A program made the translations under genes and the position numbers. A DNA stretch of 63,877 nt, counting the filler, from Choristocarpus tenellus KU-1152 (taxonomy: Eukaryota > Protista > Phaeophyceae), in assembly GCA_964200185.2 (NCBI GenBank). It is 10 parts of 10 records of this genome, joined end to end, with 100 filler letters (N's around TTAATTAATTAA, not from the genome) between each part and the next. Parts side by side here need not be neighbours in the genome. Positions count along the whole stretch, not along the records: positions 27,894 to 45,166 come from CAXNAD020000694.1; positions 45,267 to 49,340 come from CAXNAD020016366.1; positions 49,441 to 57,675 come from CAXNAD020004957.1; 7 more parts are not named here. One strand, 5' to 3'. How positions within the stretch are numbered: position 1 is the first letter of the stretch; every line of letters starts with the position of its first letter. Below are positions 37,301 through 49,675 of this stretch, piece by piece. The notes below the pieces were generated by a model. It did no database searches. It had not been told where the DNA came from and saw only the letters and a program-made list of their open reading frames with translations.

Positions 37301-40300
37301 TCTAAACTGAACCTAACCCGAAATCTAACTCCAACCCTATCCCCTATCCTCGAGAGGAAAGAATGGTGAACAGACTTCAAGAAAGCAATCACTCTAGTGG
37401 AGAATAGATTATCACACTAGATCTACATGGTGCAGATTAAATTAACTTATGTTTCAAACTGATGTGACTCTTCTGGCTTGGAGCTTGGTAAGGTGCCATG
37501 GACTATGATGTCAATACTTTTTCGTGAAGATTGCTATCTGCTATTGTTCAAATTTGTTGCCCTAAACTAGTGTGCGAGAGTGCATGCACGCTAGATGATG
37601 TCCTAGCATGGCTGGTAATCTCTTACTTGTGCAACTTGCAGTGTCAAGACGGGGATACCATCACTCTCGTCCGAGTCAGTCATATCCAGACAAGGTAGTT
37701 GCGTTTGGTCAGTTGCCTAATGTTGCAAATCTAAACGGGGAATGTATAAGGAGACAAAGTACTACGTTTCAAATCATTTTCCTGGTTGTTGTAACGCTTT
37801 GTGGGAGATTGCACTTGTAAAGATGTCTGGGAGAATCTTAGATCTATCTCCATGCTCCACTACGTACTCCCTCTGTCCCACAAATCTGCGATGTTATAAG
37901 TTTCACTTTTTGTTTTGACCGTTTCTTCACAAATACGAAGACTTCACAGGTGATATATGTCTCAAAAGCAAACTCTGGATATAGTTGTTCTGAAGGGATT
38001 TAATTTCCTTCCGTAATAATTCTGAATCTGTTCCGAGAGGTGGAACCGAAAAACAGTCATTTTCAGTCACATATTCAGTACCTGCGCTGTGCCCAGCGAC
38101 GGATACAACCCCCCCCCATCGTCACACAACATCTCAGCACTTTGCCAAGAGTCGTACAACTCTTGCTTAGCCTTGGGAATATCTGCAACGTGAGTCCCGT
38201 AACCCATATGGCCAATCCAGCGAGTCCGCTGTCTTTCGCTGGGAGTCCATCGGCCCGTGAAAAAAGTTGCGACATGAGTGAGGAAGGTCAAAACGAGCTG
38301 GCCGTATGCTACGCGTTAGTGCTACCTCCCAGTAAGAAGCGACTTCTGAAAGATGTTGGACCAGAGTTGGCTCAGCAGCTTGGATTTGGCAAACAATATT
38401 CGAGACAACTGCGTGTATGATAACAATAGGACAATTACAACACACTTTCGCTGAAATCAGCATCACGAAGTGGGCGGTCACTGACCCTTCATCAGCTGTC
38501 TGTCAACCTAGCCGAAGTCGGCCTCGTAGCCGGCAGCTCAACGCCTCAGCGATGACTCAATGTAAAGGGCAGAACGAACATGAAACATCACGTTACCCCG
38601 AGCCTATCACTGATGCATCGAAAGAACAGAGTAGATTTCGTCCTTGATCAAGCAGCAAGAAATCACATCAATTACAGAAGCGGCCTCAACATAATTAATA
38701 TCAACAAAAAAATGCATAGTTCTACCTCATCCGTGACGTGGAGCACACCCACATGTTCCCTGGGGAGGAAAGGGTGGACTCCACCAAAGTAGAGCACAAG
38801 ATTGGCATTCCTATGGTGATGTTCATCTACACCGTTTCACGCCCTGATCGTTCCAGCGATTTCGACGGCAACATTGAAATCTGGCGTGTTTGTGTCATCA
38901 AGCAGGCGCAGAGAAATTCAGCCCGCTGCAAGAAGGGGTAGCAGGGTGACTTCGATGTGACCATCGACACTGAGTTGTACTGGAAGTGGTACATGGAGAT
39001 GTTTCTCTCTTCATTGAAGGAAAAAATGCCGTTGTTGGAGGGTGAGGAGGTGGTTTCGCAGCAGGACACTCCCCAAAAGGGAAAAGACATGCTGCGGAAG
39101 CCCAACGAAGCCGGGAGGGAGGGAGGGGGGGTGGACGTCAAGCTCGTAATGCAGCCTGCACAGTTACCTGATCTCAATACCAACGATTTGAGGTTCTTTG
39201 CATCCAAAAAAGTATAATTTAAAGGTTGCATTACACTATGATAAACGACTTTATGAAGGGGTTAAAGAGCATGTATGACGCGTGCGACACAGCCTCTTTA
39301 GAGAGGGTGTGGCAGAACCTTTTTAAGCGATACCAATATTTGAAGGCGCTAGGGGGTAACCATTTCAAGGTACAGTACACCTGAACTACGAAAAGGCAGT
39401 TGAGGGAACTCTGACAAATTCAGGCAGAATTGACAGAGGGACGTTCAACGCGCCCTTGGATTGGTAGATTGATGGGCACAGGAAAGCGATTAAGAATCCA
39501 ACGTAAAAGAACTGTTTTTTATCATCATCTCAAGAAGTTACACCCATAACGTCGCAGACATTTGGGACAGGGGGAGTACATCAAGAATATGTTGTGTAGA
39601 GCGGTTCCATTAACCTTGATACTCATCTCTGTACTCCCTTCTGTAAGCCAAGGCAAAGTACAATACATGTATGGCATTCTCGATTGTGGTTAGCTTTCTC
39701 TTGTGCCTTCTCTTTCATATCCCAAGCTGTTGATCCTCATTCCTTTTCAAACTGCGTTTTGAACAGTTCAGTATAAGATATATCCAGAGGTGTTGTACCC
39801 CAGTCTCCAAGTTAGTATTCCAGGAACACAGGACAGTTTGGAATAATATAGTCTAGAATGTACTTTCTACTCTTGTGAAAAAGTATATCATGTACGAAAA
39901 AATCAGTTGATGGAAGAGAACAAGTTAGAACGTATGCAACCACATCACCCTAAAATCGCGACATAAAACTATTGCCCCCAAATGGACAGTCGCCACCCCC
40001 TCCCAGATACTTTGAGCCAGGAATAGAAAACATTGTAGGAAGTACTCGGTGAAAGTGATCAGTGGTCCATAGAATAGGATTTATTTCATGGAAAGGACCC
40101 CCCAAGGCTTGAAGGCTCACTCCTCTTTGCTCCTTCCTTACTTCAGGTACAACCTATCAAACCCCGAAAAATAATTAGTCAGATCATTTACATACGTAAG
40201 TTTTGGGAAACAACAGCTTCCAAAACAAATATTATATATTCTTGATTACATTTCTTCATCCTCCTTGAACGTTGAATTGCATACTTGGAGTACAAGAGGA

Positions 40301-43300
40301 ATATGTCGCTTTCGTATGTATACTACTAAGACAATCACAACGAGTATACTGTTGATGATGAGGTGCGAAAAAACTCCCATCAATTCCGTTCCCTTCCATT
40401 TATTCCTTGCTGAATCTGAAATGACTCAACTGACTTCATAGACCTCAATGTTCTAACTCCCTTTATTAACAAATTAAATTATATGTGCAGGATACTGAAG
40501 AGGTTTTTTGGGAACCAAATATATTCACCACATTTGCAGTCTCAACTGTGGACGAAACATCTGCATATCTTCCGGTCCCATCAATGGACTCCCTCAAGGT
40601 GGTGCTTGAAGCACACATTAAGGTATCCTGTCTACTCTAAATAAGAGTAATCCTGCTAATGCCTATTAATACAATTGAGGTTGTAAGTTAATTACAACAT
40701 CCCTAGCAAGTGTGATTGGTCGAAACATTTTCGGAACCTTTCACATGGTCACACAGTTAACACTCATGGACTGGGTGATGAGTGCAGGCGAGCCCGTGGA
40801 CTGACCCGTAGGGATATCTGACCACCCTGGATCGCCCCTGTAAGAAGCATTGAAACAGGGAAAAATTAACAGGGTGACCTCTACAAAAATACAGAGAAAA
40901 CAGGAATATATATATATATATTCGAAATTCGTTTAGGCACATTCCTCCAATAATATTATTGAGTGGTTGATCAATCAAAATACAGTAGTTTGTTGTACGA
41001 TGCAATGATTCTCAAACAATTGGCACATGTTGTCATGAACAAAGAAATATCATGGTACGTAGCATAATGACCCAAAGTAAACGAAAGGTAGCCAGGCTTT
41101 AGGCATTTGCATTTTGAGCCATTTTTTTTCCATTCTTTTGCAATTCACCCACATTTCAATGGCTGGAGTGATAAGTTTGACTTGAAAGAGTTGACTTCTC
41201 GATTTATTTGAAAAATTTAAACAGAGTTCAGAAAGGTTCCAAAACGCATTTGGAAGAAACCTATTTTTTCACATATTTGTCAGCATCCTCTTGTTTACTT
41301 TTTCCAAGTATTCAGATGATATTACATTGCACACTCTATTTCACACATTTCGTACTTGTCAGAAAGGACAAAAAAAATCCGCATCTACCTTCTCACACGC
41401 ACAAAGGGAATCTCTACTATAAATCTCTACACCTCCAAAAATCCCTTGCACTATTTAATGGCATACATGGGTTTACAAGTACCCCTGCTCCTCCCCGCTG
41501 GCCTTGGCTACTGATGCTCTACTTGTTCTTCATCCCACCTGTGCGACTCGCATCTGATCGGGCTATGCTTGCAACAACAAGGATTACAATGAGAGCCATC
41601 CCATAATGGATTTGGTGCTATTTCAACATGCCATGCTTCACATCACACGCATTTGCCGCATCCTTCAGGTGAGCGGATACAGGCTGGAGTGAAATGTTCT
41701 CTTACATAGGTATAACGTGAAGAACTTGTCTAGGATAGATATTTTCCAAATTGATATTGATTGAGTACCTGCAGCACTTCTGGCCTACATGACACAAACG
41801 ACTTTGTTCTCTGCTATGAATTGTACCTGTGCAATCACTGAATGTGGTCGCAGCTTCCACGAGGGAATGCCCTGCTGGTAGGGGTTGGAGGTTCTGGTAA
41901 GCAGACATTGTGCAAGCTTGCTTCATTTATATCTGGCTGTGAGGTGAGAGCTTGGCAACTTATACCATCAAGCACGTTGGTCCAGGCAAATGATTTTTCT
42001 GTCCTGTCGCAGATATTAAAACAGATTAACAGATGTTGGAATACTGGCCCTGAATTGGTCGGGCTAGAGCCCTCAGTGAGCAAAACTTGCAGTATCAGGT
42101 CTCAAACCCCAGAGCAAAGTTCTGATTCATGGTCATCTTCCAAGCCAGGCAATTCATTTTGTGATAGTGAAAAGATTAAAGGATGCAAGGAAATGGTCAT
42201 CGTCATCACCCCCTCCAGATCCTTCATCAGTCCATGCCCAAGCTGACCACCTGAGATATTACATTAATCAAGGTGTCAGAAATTGCTGTTACAAGTGACT
42301 ATGGCATTGCTGATCTGCACATGGAGCTCAAAGACCTCTATCGTAAGGCAGGGGTGAAGCCAGCAGAGCCATTGGTCTTCATGCTGACAGATACACAGGT
42401 GAAGCACCAGGGGATCAATAACTTTCGTTCTCCCTTCCTTTTTTCTCGTTTACATACTATTGATTTCACCACTGTGTAGCTGGGCAGCAGTCCACTGTCA
42501 GGAGATTGTAGCAGCTGTGATCATGGCATTCCCTTCACTTGCAGCACATGAAGTGAATATTATTTTACACCCTCGAGGCACAAATATATTGTTGCCAACG
42601 GAATACTGGGTTAGGATGAAATGATGTGGGTAAAATGCTTGTAGTGGTATACCTCCTCCAAAGAAACAGATCTTCAGGCAGAACAAGGAAGTCATGGAAG
42701 TACACTGTTGAAAGTATTACGTATATACACCTGCTCCATCAAAGTAGATCTTCTGAAAAATCAACAACAGAGGCCATGAAAATGACTCAAAATGAAATAA
42801 TGACTCACACTTGAAAACTCTTCAGTTGTTTCCTTGTTCCATATACCGGCTTTGAGAATCATTATCACTATTTGAACCATTCATCACATATCCCTGGAGA
42901 CTATTCCAGTCCATGGTCAGAGGGACTACACACTGCACTAGTTCTGATACGACTTATTGTACTCAACTGTTGCACAGCTACTCATTGCATTGCCTCCTTC
43001 CATCTCCTCCCTTGACTCTTGTGCTGGATCACCCTCAGTATTGCTTGTAAGAGAAGCCCAGTCACATTGTTTTTGAATTTCCCGAGATATTTGTGGTATG
43101 GCAGCTGTAGGATAAATCAGGCGTGCAAACTGTGGTGATTCCTGTGTGAACATTATATCATTCAAACCAAACTTTCCTAGAAAAAATACCGTTTTGAAAG
43201 AGTTTCAACGTGCTAAAAGTATGCAAGGAACAAGGCCCATTAATCACTGACCTACAATGACCCCCTTTGCCTTGCCTTTATTTGGCACTGGTTCCCACTA

Positions 43301-45119
43301 TTGCGGTCACCTTGTTGACCATACTTCTTACAGGAAAGGATTAACTCACAAATTTTCATTAAATTTTTACACTTCATAAACGTTCACACCAGATTGTTGA
43401 TGAGCGCTTTCTGGTATATGTGAACGACCTCCTGAGCTCCGGGGTGATCCCTGACCTGTTTTCAAAGGATGAGTTCGACCAGATATTTCAGTCCATTCGA
43501 GTAGCTGCAAAGTCTGCAGGCATACCGGATGCCCGTGAAAGCCTTATGGAGTTCTTTGTTGAGAGGTCAGTCCTTTCTGTTGTGGGCATTGAATTCCCAC
43601 TGTTTCGAACAAGTTCTATCTTTTCATGTGTGCAATATGAAAAATGAGAATTTTGATTGAGGGGGACTGGGGTGGGGTGATCGATGCCTCGTGTCACGTG
43701 CGTAATCCTTGACTATTCGGTTGGATTCTGTGGAGAAGTTCCCTGCAGAAGGACCATACTTGAGGAGGCACAGTTGGACCATAAAACAACATAGTTAAGG
43801 TGGTGTTATTTTGGTATAGACCCCAATGCTCACTTGAAACAATTGACAATTTCCATATCTCCAAACCTTACCCATCCCTAACAATAAATCCTGATGGTTG
43901 GAAGGGTTCGCTCGAACCTGCACGTTGTGCTGTGTTTCTCCCCAGTAGGAGCTGCTTTCCGGACCAGGTGCCGGAAATTCCCCAGCCTGATCAATTGCAC
44001 TTCCATAGACTGGTTCCGCCCATGGCCAATGGATGCATTGGTGACAGTGTCCCTTTGGTTCCTCGAGGATGTAAATCTTGGCGAACCAGAGGTGAACTTT
44101 AATCTCATCCAAAACTTGCACATTCAGAAAGCTTAAATGCACATACAAGGAGAAAAACGTGAAGATCTTTTTTATGTGGCAACTAGCTTGGATCTTCCAT
44201 CTAACATGGCATATTATGCTCACGCTAACCCTACACCAGCTTAACTATCCTGATACCCTCAATACAGCTCCTTTGGCTAAGGATTCCGAACTACTCCAGA
44301 GTGCTGTAAATTTGTACATGCGTGTCACCTCAAGACACATATTTTGCATGGAACCACGCTAATGCCCGCTCTTTCCTATGTTTCGCATGCTCAGATCAAG
44401 GACAATGTTGCACATCATATGGCCGAGGTTCACAGCACTGTCAATGAGGTGATAATATTTGATAGTTAACCATGATGAGGATGGTTGGATTATTCATTCT
44501 CGAATATGTGTGCTTGTGTCTTATGTTCAAGATGAAAGTACAACGACAATATCTATCTGATATCTAGTTGCCATAATCTGAAGAATAATTCCAAGTGCAA
44601 CCACATGTGCTAGAGTATTGAAATGGGCAAGGGAGGATGATCTCAATGTATCTCAAGTTTTGAATTTGATTTGTGCATAGACATAAACCCCACTCCTGCA
44701 GTGTCAGTGTCTCTGCACATTTCTCACACCTACAATCTTGTGTTCATCTGTACAGGTTTCAGGCCGTTTCCTTGAGGAGGAAGGTCGTCATAACTACACC
44801 ACTCCCAAGTCATTTCTAGAGTTGATAGAATTTTACAAGAAGCTTCTCCGAGATAAGCAGGTGAACCAAGGCTACTGAGTATTTGACAGTCGAACAGGAT
44901 GTATTCCTCATCACAATTTATATTCCTTATATCCTATGGGATCATGTAGACAGTTCCCATTGTAGCTTGAGCTGCTGGAAAAAATAGCGATCAAGAACAC
45001 TTTTCAGGTGAGTAATCACTGCATTCTCTCGATCAATCCTCCAGGAAGAGCTGGGGTTCAATATCCAGCGCCTTGAAACAGGGTTGACAACACTTCAGAA
45101 GACGAACAAGGATGTTCAG
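28328..45119 (+). CDS. Axonemal dynein heavy chain, outer-arm beta/DNAH9-11-17-like, partial (end of AAA2 through AAA3 and AAA4 to start of stalk). Exons 28328-28471, 29264-29326, 30530-30639, 33397-33559, 34670-34806, 35275-35437, 35994-36173, 36935-37099, 40491-40622, 41582-41668, 41854-41943, 42273-42398, 43393-43565, 43905-44091, 44395-44448, 44756-44860, 45045-45119
   Basis: Phase-consistent exon chain with diagnostic motifs: [27 protein letters not shown] (AAA3 P-loop), [62 protein letters not shown] (AAA4), [41 protein letters not shown]. Confidence 0.96.
29992..30272 (+). mobile_element. MITE family C, full copy in dynein intron
   Basis: TIR GAGTCAAAGTAAACGAGAGGTA...TACCTCTCGCTTACTTTGACTC; 3-bp TSD TCT. 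Confidence 0.9.
30840..31092 (+). mobile_element. MITE family A in dynein intron
   Basis: Both TIRs present; flanks ATAG/ATAA. Confidence 0.88.
32435..32612 (+). mobile_element. MITE family B in dynein intron, preceded by a (TTGGCTR)n microsatellite at ~32368-32421
   Basis: Homologous to the copies at 13284 and 55141. Confidence 0.85.
33015..33311 (+). mobile_element. MITE family C in dynein intron; a further partial copy at 41069-41290
   Basis: CAGTCAAAGT...GGTACCTCTCGCTAAATTTGGCTC. Confidence 0.8.
33829..34496. mobile_element. Two family A MITEs in inverted orientation (33829-34085 with TSD TTA; 34237-34496)
   Basis: Both full length, opposite orientation, ~150 bp apart in one dynein intron. 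Confidence 0.9.
37867..39576 (+). mobile_element. Full-length decayed mariner-like element, DD39D (Stowaway-partner) type, in dynein intron
   Basis: TA target duplication; ~31-bp TIRs CTCCCTCTGTCCCACAAATCTGCGATGTTAT / ATAACGTCGCAGACATTTGGGACAGGGGGAG. Transposase relic [13 protein letters not shown]...FDGNIEIW...QQD(39 aa)D ending [18 protein letters not shown], with stops and frameshifts. Confidence 0.92.
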
Positions 45120-45411
45120 GTATAAAGGCTCAAAGTATCTGGGAGGGGGTGGCGGCTGTCCATTTGNNNNNNNNNNNNNNNNNNNNNNNNNNNNNNNNNN
45201 NNNNNNNNNNTTAATTAATTAANNNNNNNNNNNNNNNNNNNNNNNNNNNNNNNNNNNNNNNNNNNNCGGATATTTTCTTTTGGGGGGCCTCTTGCTTGGT
45301 TCACCGGGTCTAACACCCCTCCCCCCCCCCCCCCCCTTTGGTTTCCATCTCTTCCCCTTTGCAACTGTCTCTTGTTTCCGTGGCGGTTGTCTTGGCCCCT
45401 TCAAAAAACAG

Positions 45412-46961
45412 ACCCCTCAATTCGATTCAGCTGGAGAGGGCATCTCAGGTCGTCAATGATCAGCCAGGCTGTGTCCACGCGAACATGGACCTCTTCAAGT
45501 GGGCCCTCAAGCTGTGGCCTCTGCTGCCTTCAGAGGAGCTCGCCGACGCCTTCGAGCTTGCCGTGGAATGCCGATTATTGGTAGGCTCACCCCTTCCCCC
45601 CCCTGCTGCAACGAGTGCTTTCGATATTATATACCAAGTATAGATGCTGCGTACCTCAAGCGTGCTCACTCCAATATACTGAAAGCTCGACGTGGTGCGC
45701 TCCTCTAGGTTCACCGGTAGCCCCTGGCATGACCGACATGGCCTTCCCCCTTTTCTAGGAACTCCCGCATTAGGGGCGAGTTGCGGCGGGTCTTTGACCT
45801 GGCCTCTCATCTATATCGAAGCTGAGTGCAAAATAGATAGTTAATAAAAAAAGTTGTAGTGAGAGAAGACTGTTCTCGGACCGGTACCCCCCTAGGAGGC
45901 GGCGAAGAAAAGCAAAGAACCTCCTAGCGCTCTGTTCCCCGTGTCCCTGAAGACAGACCTAACTCTCCCAGAGGGCCTTCCGTTGTCCTCGTGTTACCCT
46001 GCCTCCTTCACGGGTGCGGGTCCGCCCAGTCCATACCCTGGCGCAAAAAGACAAACGCCTGCCGTTGTTGTTTGCCGATCGAACTGCATGGGAACTACCT
46101 GGTAGAATTTAGGACCTCCTGGGAGGGACAGTGGTGTTCCTGAGTGACCCCTTGCCGGCACAAAGTGGCAAGCAGTAGAGCAGCTTTTTGACCTCTTCGA
46201 ATCTCGCATTTGGGTTCAGTGGCGTGCTGTTTCAATTTTCAACAGTCCTCCAGCTTGCCTCGCCCTGGCCTTGCCTCATCTATCCCCTCGCCCCTTGAGT
46301 CGCTGCTGCCCCCCCCCAACAATAAACAAATTGCCTACCCTTACTCAGGGAGCATCCCTTATCCCTGCAGAGGGAGAGAGAGAGAGGCCCTTCTCGCGGG
46401 CGTGAGCACAAGCGCTTGAGCGCATGCCCCCTTCCGGAAGACATACAACGAGAATATATATCACGTCACATCCTATCACAATTGTCGTTCTTGTAATTAT
46501 TATTATTATTATTATTGTGTCAAATAAGAAAACATCATCGACTCTTGAATCCCGTTTGTGCTCTCTCTCTCTCTCTCTCTCTCTCTTTCCTGGTTTCTTT
46601 TTCCCCAACCCCTTATTGCTTGTTGGACATGCCTCAATGGCAGGATATGAGGGCATCCCCTTATGATCTGTCCTCATACCGCCCCGGTGCCCTGGAGAGT
46701 TCTGCCGAGGCGATGAGCAAGGTGGGTAGGCGAGCAGGGAGAAGAGAGCCGGGCGAGCAGGAGGTTACATTGCGGGCGTTTGACCTGAGCCCAGTGAAGG
46801 TAGAGACGGAGGAGGGGAGGAAGACTTATCAGAGGGAACAGCTCCGCCTATATCAAAGGTCTCTGCCGTTACGCCGAAAGCTTCTCTCTCGAATGGATCA
46901 TCTGTTGGAAGCTTGGGCGACTGGTGGTGGAAAGGAAGAGGGGGGAAGGGGGGTGTTGTAG
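45412..46961 (+). CDS. Last two exons (45412-45580, 46644-46961) of a homologue of the bacterial family usually annotated '3-methyladenine DNA glycosylase' (function unverified)
   Basis: QPGCVHANMDLFKWALKLWPLLPSEELADAFELAVECRLL/DMRASPYDLS...PVKVETEEGRKTYQREQ...LPLRRKLL matches the motif series QPGCLHANMDLYKW...DMRASPYDL...IETPEGRAEY that I recall from actinobacterial proteins. Phase-0 GT-AG intron. Confidence 0.8.
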
Positions 46962-48463
46962 GTCAAGCACTATAACAGTAGAATGTGTGCACATTTCGTC
47001 GTGGACAAGTTTGTGATGGGGGGGGGGGAGGTAGGGAATTTTGTTGAGAAATTTAGACTGGATGAAGCTTAGTCTTTAGGTTTGTTCTGTCCTGTGTTAT
47101 AAGTTCTTTCACATTTTGTGTGGATTTTTTTTTAATCAATTTATCCCTACCTTGCATTAGGGGTTGTGTGTTTTTATTGGGACTGCTGTTGATGTACATT
47201 GATCTGTGTGTTGATGTTATTACTTTGTTTTCTAATTCAAATCTATCAGTGTTGGGGACGATGTGGGCAATTGATATTGTTGCAATGGTTCAAAGCATCA
47301 ACGATTAAAATAATTGTTGCTAGAGATATCCTTCATTGCTACTCTGCCTTGTACTAGGCAATTGGACCTAAGGAGCTTGCAATGGTGTTATCTAGCTTGT
47401 CAGAGGTGAATTTGCATTTTAGTACTGCTTTTAGGTCTGCCTTTGTGTGAAGAGAGTGAAAAGTCACAACTGGAATAATATGTTTGTGTGTACATATTTT
47501 CTATGTATACTTCAACAATATCATCACTTTAGAAATGGTTCTGTGCCAACCATACAAACTTGCCTCACACTGCCAACTAAACCAGGCTTCCAGCTGTGTA
47601 TCACAACAAAGTATTTCAATTCAAGAGAGTCGAGTCCTTCTTAGACATGTCATGTAGAGTTCTGCCTGGAGGATCTACAGGAGCAGATAGATTGATCCCA
47701 ACCCCTTTAAGCGTCCGTGTTGTTGTACATATAGACGTGAGATTTCTCACTATACTTGAACCAAGGATCTATGATGATATGTCCACCAGTGATAGGGCTA
47801 AGAAATGCAGGTAACACCACTCCAGGGAGAGCAGAGCCTTGGAGATTAGCCAGCTTTATGATTTGAGTGTGTTGGATTCTGCAATATTATACAACACCGA
47901 TATACGAAAGTGTCATGCTGAACCATTATATGCGTTGCTTGACAGAACAGGCTTAAGTCTGCAATGTTTTGTCCAACATCTATAATACGTAGCATTAATT
48001 TCTGTTTCTCCAGTTTTGTTGTAACAATCTCAACAAAACGTACGCATTCATCACTACGACAAAAAAAAAAATGGAAAATAAGTGTCTTCTGCAGTTGGAC
48101 ACATACGAGCAAAATGTCTTTACTTCAAAGTCGTTTCACATTTTTAAAATTCTGGAACAGGTACAATACCTTGTATGGTGTGAGCATGGTATATGGAGAA
48201 AATCATTCCCCTTTGCTCTAGAGTACGTCTTACTTTCCTCTATGGAAGAGTGGGAGGAGGTTTTTAGGTCCAAAGGGTTAGGGAAATCTTTCCCTTTTCG
48301 TCCAAGCGACAAAGGGATTGGAAACCACAAATCTAGGATAGACAACAGCCAGCGCTTATGACCACAACTCCTTGACTGTATAAGGGGTCCGAAAGAGGAA
48401 AATCTCGGATTAAACCCGTGTAAACACACATCACATAGCTGGGTGCTTTGGTGCACGTCAAGC

Positions 48464-49340
48464 ATGTCCACTTTTGCTCCGGGAATTGGCTTCACTCCTC
48501 TGCATTATGCTGCCTTCAATGGCGACGTATTGAAGGTTCGAAAATTGCTTGCGAATGGGGCGGATCATGAAGCGCCGTCTGACAAAGGATGCACCCCTCT
48601 TTACATTGCTGCTCAGAGAGGGCATCTATGTGTGGTGCAAGAACTGCTTAGGGCAGGGGCAGACCACGGCAAAAAGGACTATGAGACCCAGGGAACCCCC
48701 CTTGCCATTGTCGCAATGTTCGGATATGTAGAAATAGCACAAACACTGCTGGAAGCCGGGGCAGATATTGGAGCAACTCTAAGAGGTGGAACAACTTCCC
48801 TTCACGTTGCCGCCCTTAGCGGTCATGTCGAGATGGTGCGGACCCTCCTGGAGGCTGGGGCATCCCCTGCAGCAAAGGGGGGAAACGGGTGCACTCCTCT
48901 TTTTTGTGCTATCGATTGTGGTATTGCTGAGGTGGTCCGGTTACTTCTAGACGCGGGCGCTGACCCTAGGGCGCGGAATAACCATGGACACACCTCCCTA
49001 CATCACTGTATTTACCTGAGAAACATCAAGGCCGCCGAATTGCTTCTGAATGCGGGTGCAGACCCCATGGCGGGGGATACAAGAGGAATCACACCCACAC
49101 ACGTTGCTGCACAGCAAGGGAGAGTGGACATGTTGCGGCAGATGTTGAGAGCAGGGGCACACCATGGAGTTCAGCAACATAATGGCACCACCCCCTTGCA
49201 CCTAGCTGCCGAGATGGGACATTCGCATGTGGCGAGGGAGCTGCTGAAGGTGGGTGCAGATTTCGAAAGACGAAACAAAACAAGCATGGGTGGAGTCACG
49301 CCCCTCTTCGAAGCTGCAAGGCTGGGAGATCGGAAGAAGC
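48464..49340 (+). CDS. Intronless ankyrin-repeat protein (at least 9 repeats), 3' end cut by contig edge
   Basis: Nine G-x-TPLH-x-AA-x-x-G...LL-x-x-GAD units in one open frame. Confidence 0.93.
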
Positions 49341-49675
49341 NNNNNNNNNNNNNNNNNNNNNNNNNNNNNNNNNNNNNNNNNNNNTTAATTAATTAANNNN
49401 NNNNNNNNNNNNNNNNNNNNNNNNNNNNNNNNNNNNNNNNTGTTAAACCATAATAAGTAGGGCTCTGGCGGGTGGAATAACCGGCGTCGGGGAGAGTGAC
49501 CGGATGGGTCTACACAAGGGTATCCATTCGAGTCCTGACCAGGAGAAGTGCACTATCATTATCTATCCGACTCATGTAAACAAATCACCCCAAAATCGCT
49601 ACATGGAAAATGGACCCCGAATGGACAGCCGCCACCCCCCCTCATATACTTTGACCCATTTAATTAGCCCACAAG

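Noticed and set aside
510-45119. Cluster of an outer-arm dynein heavy chain with its assembly factor (Shulin-like)
   Set aside because: The genes lie on different contigs separated by several artificial spacers; no linkage can be inferred.
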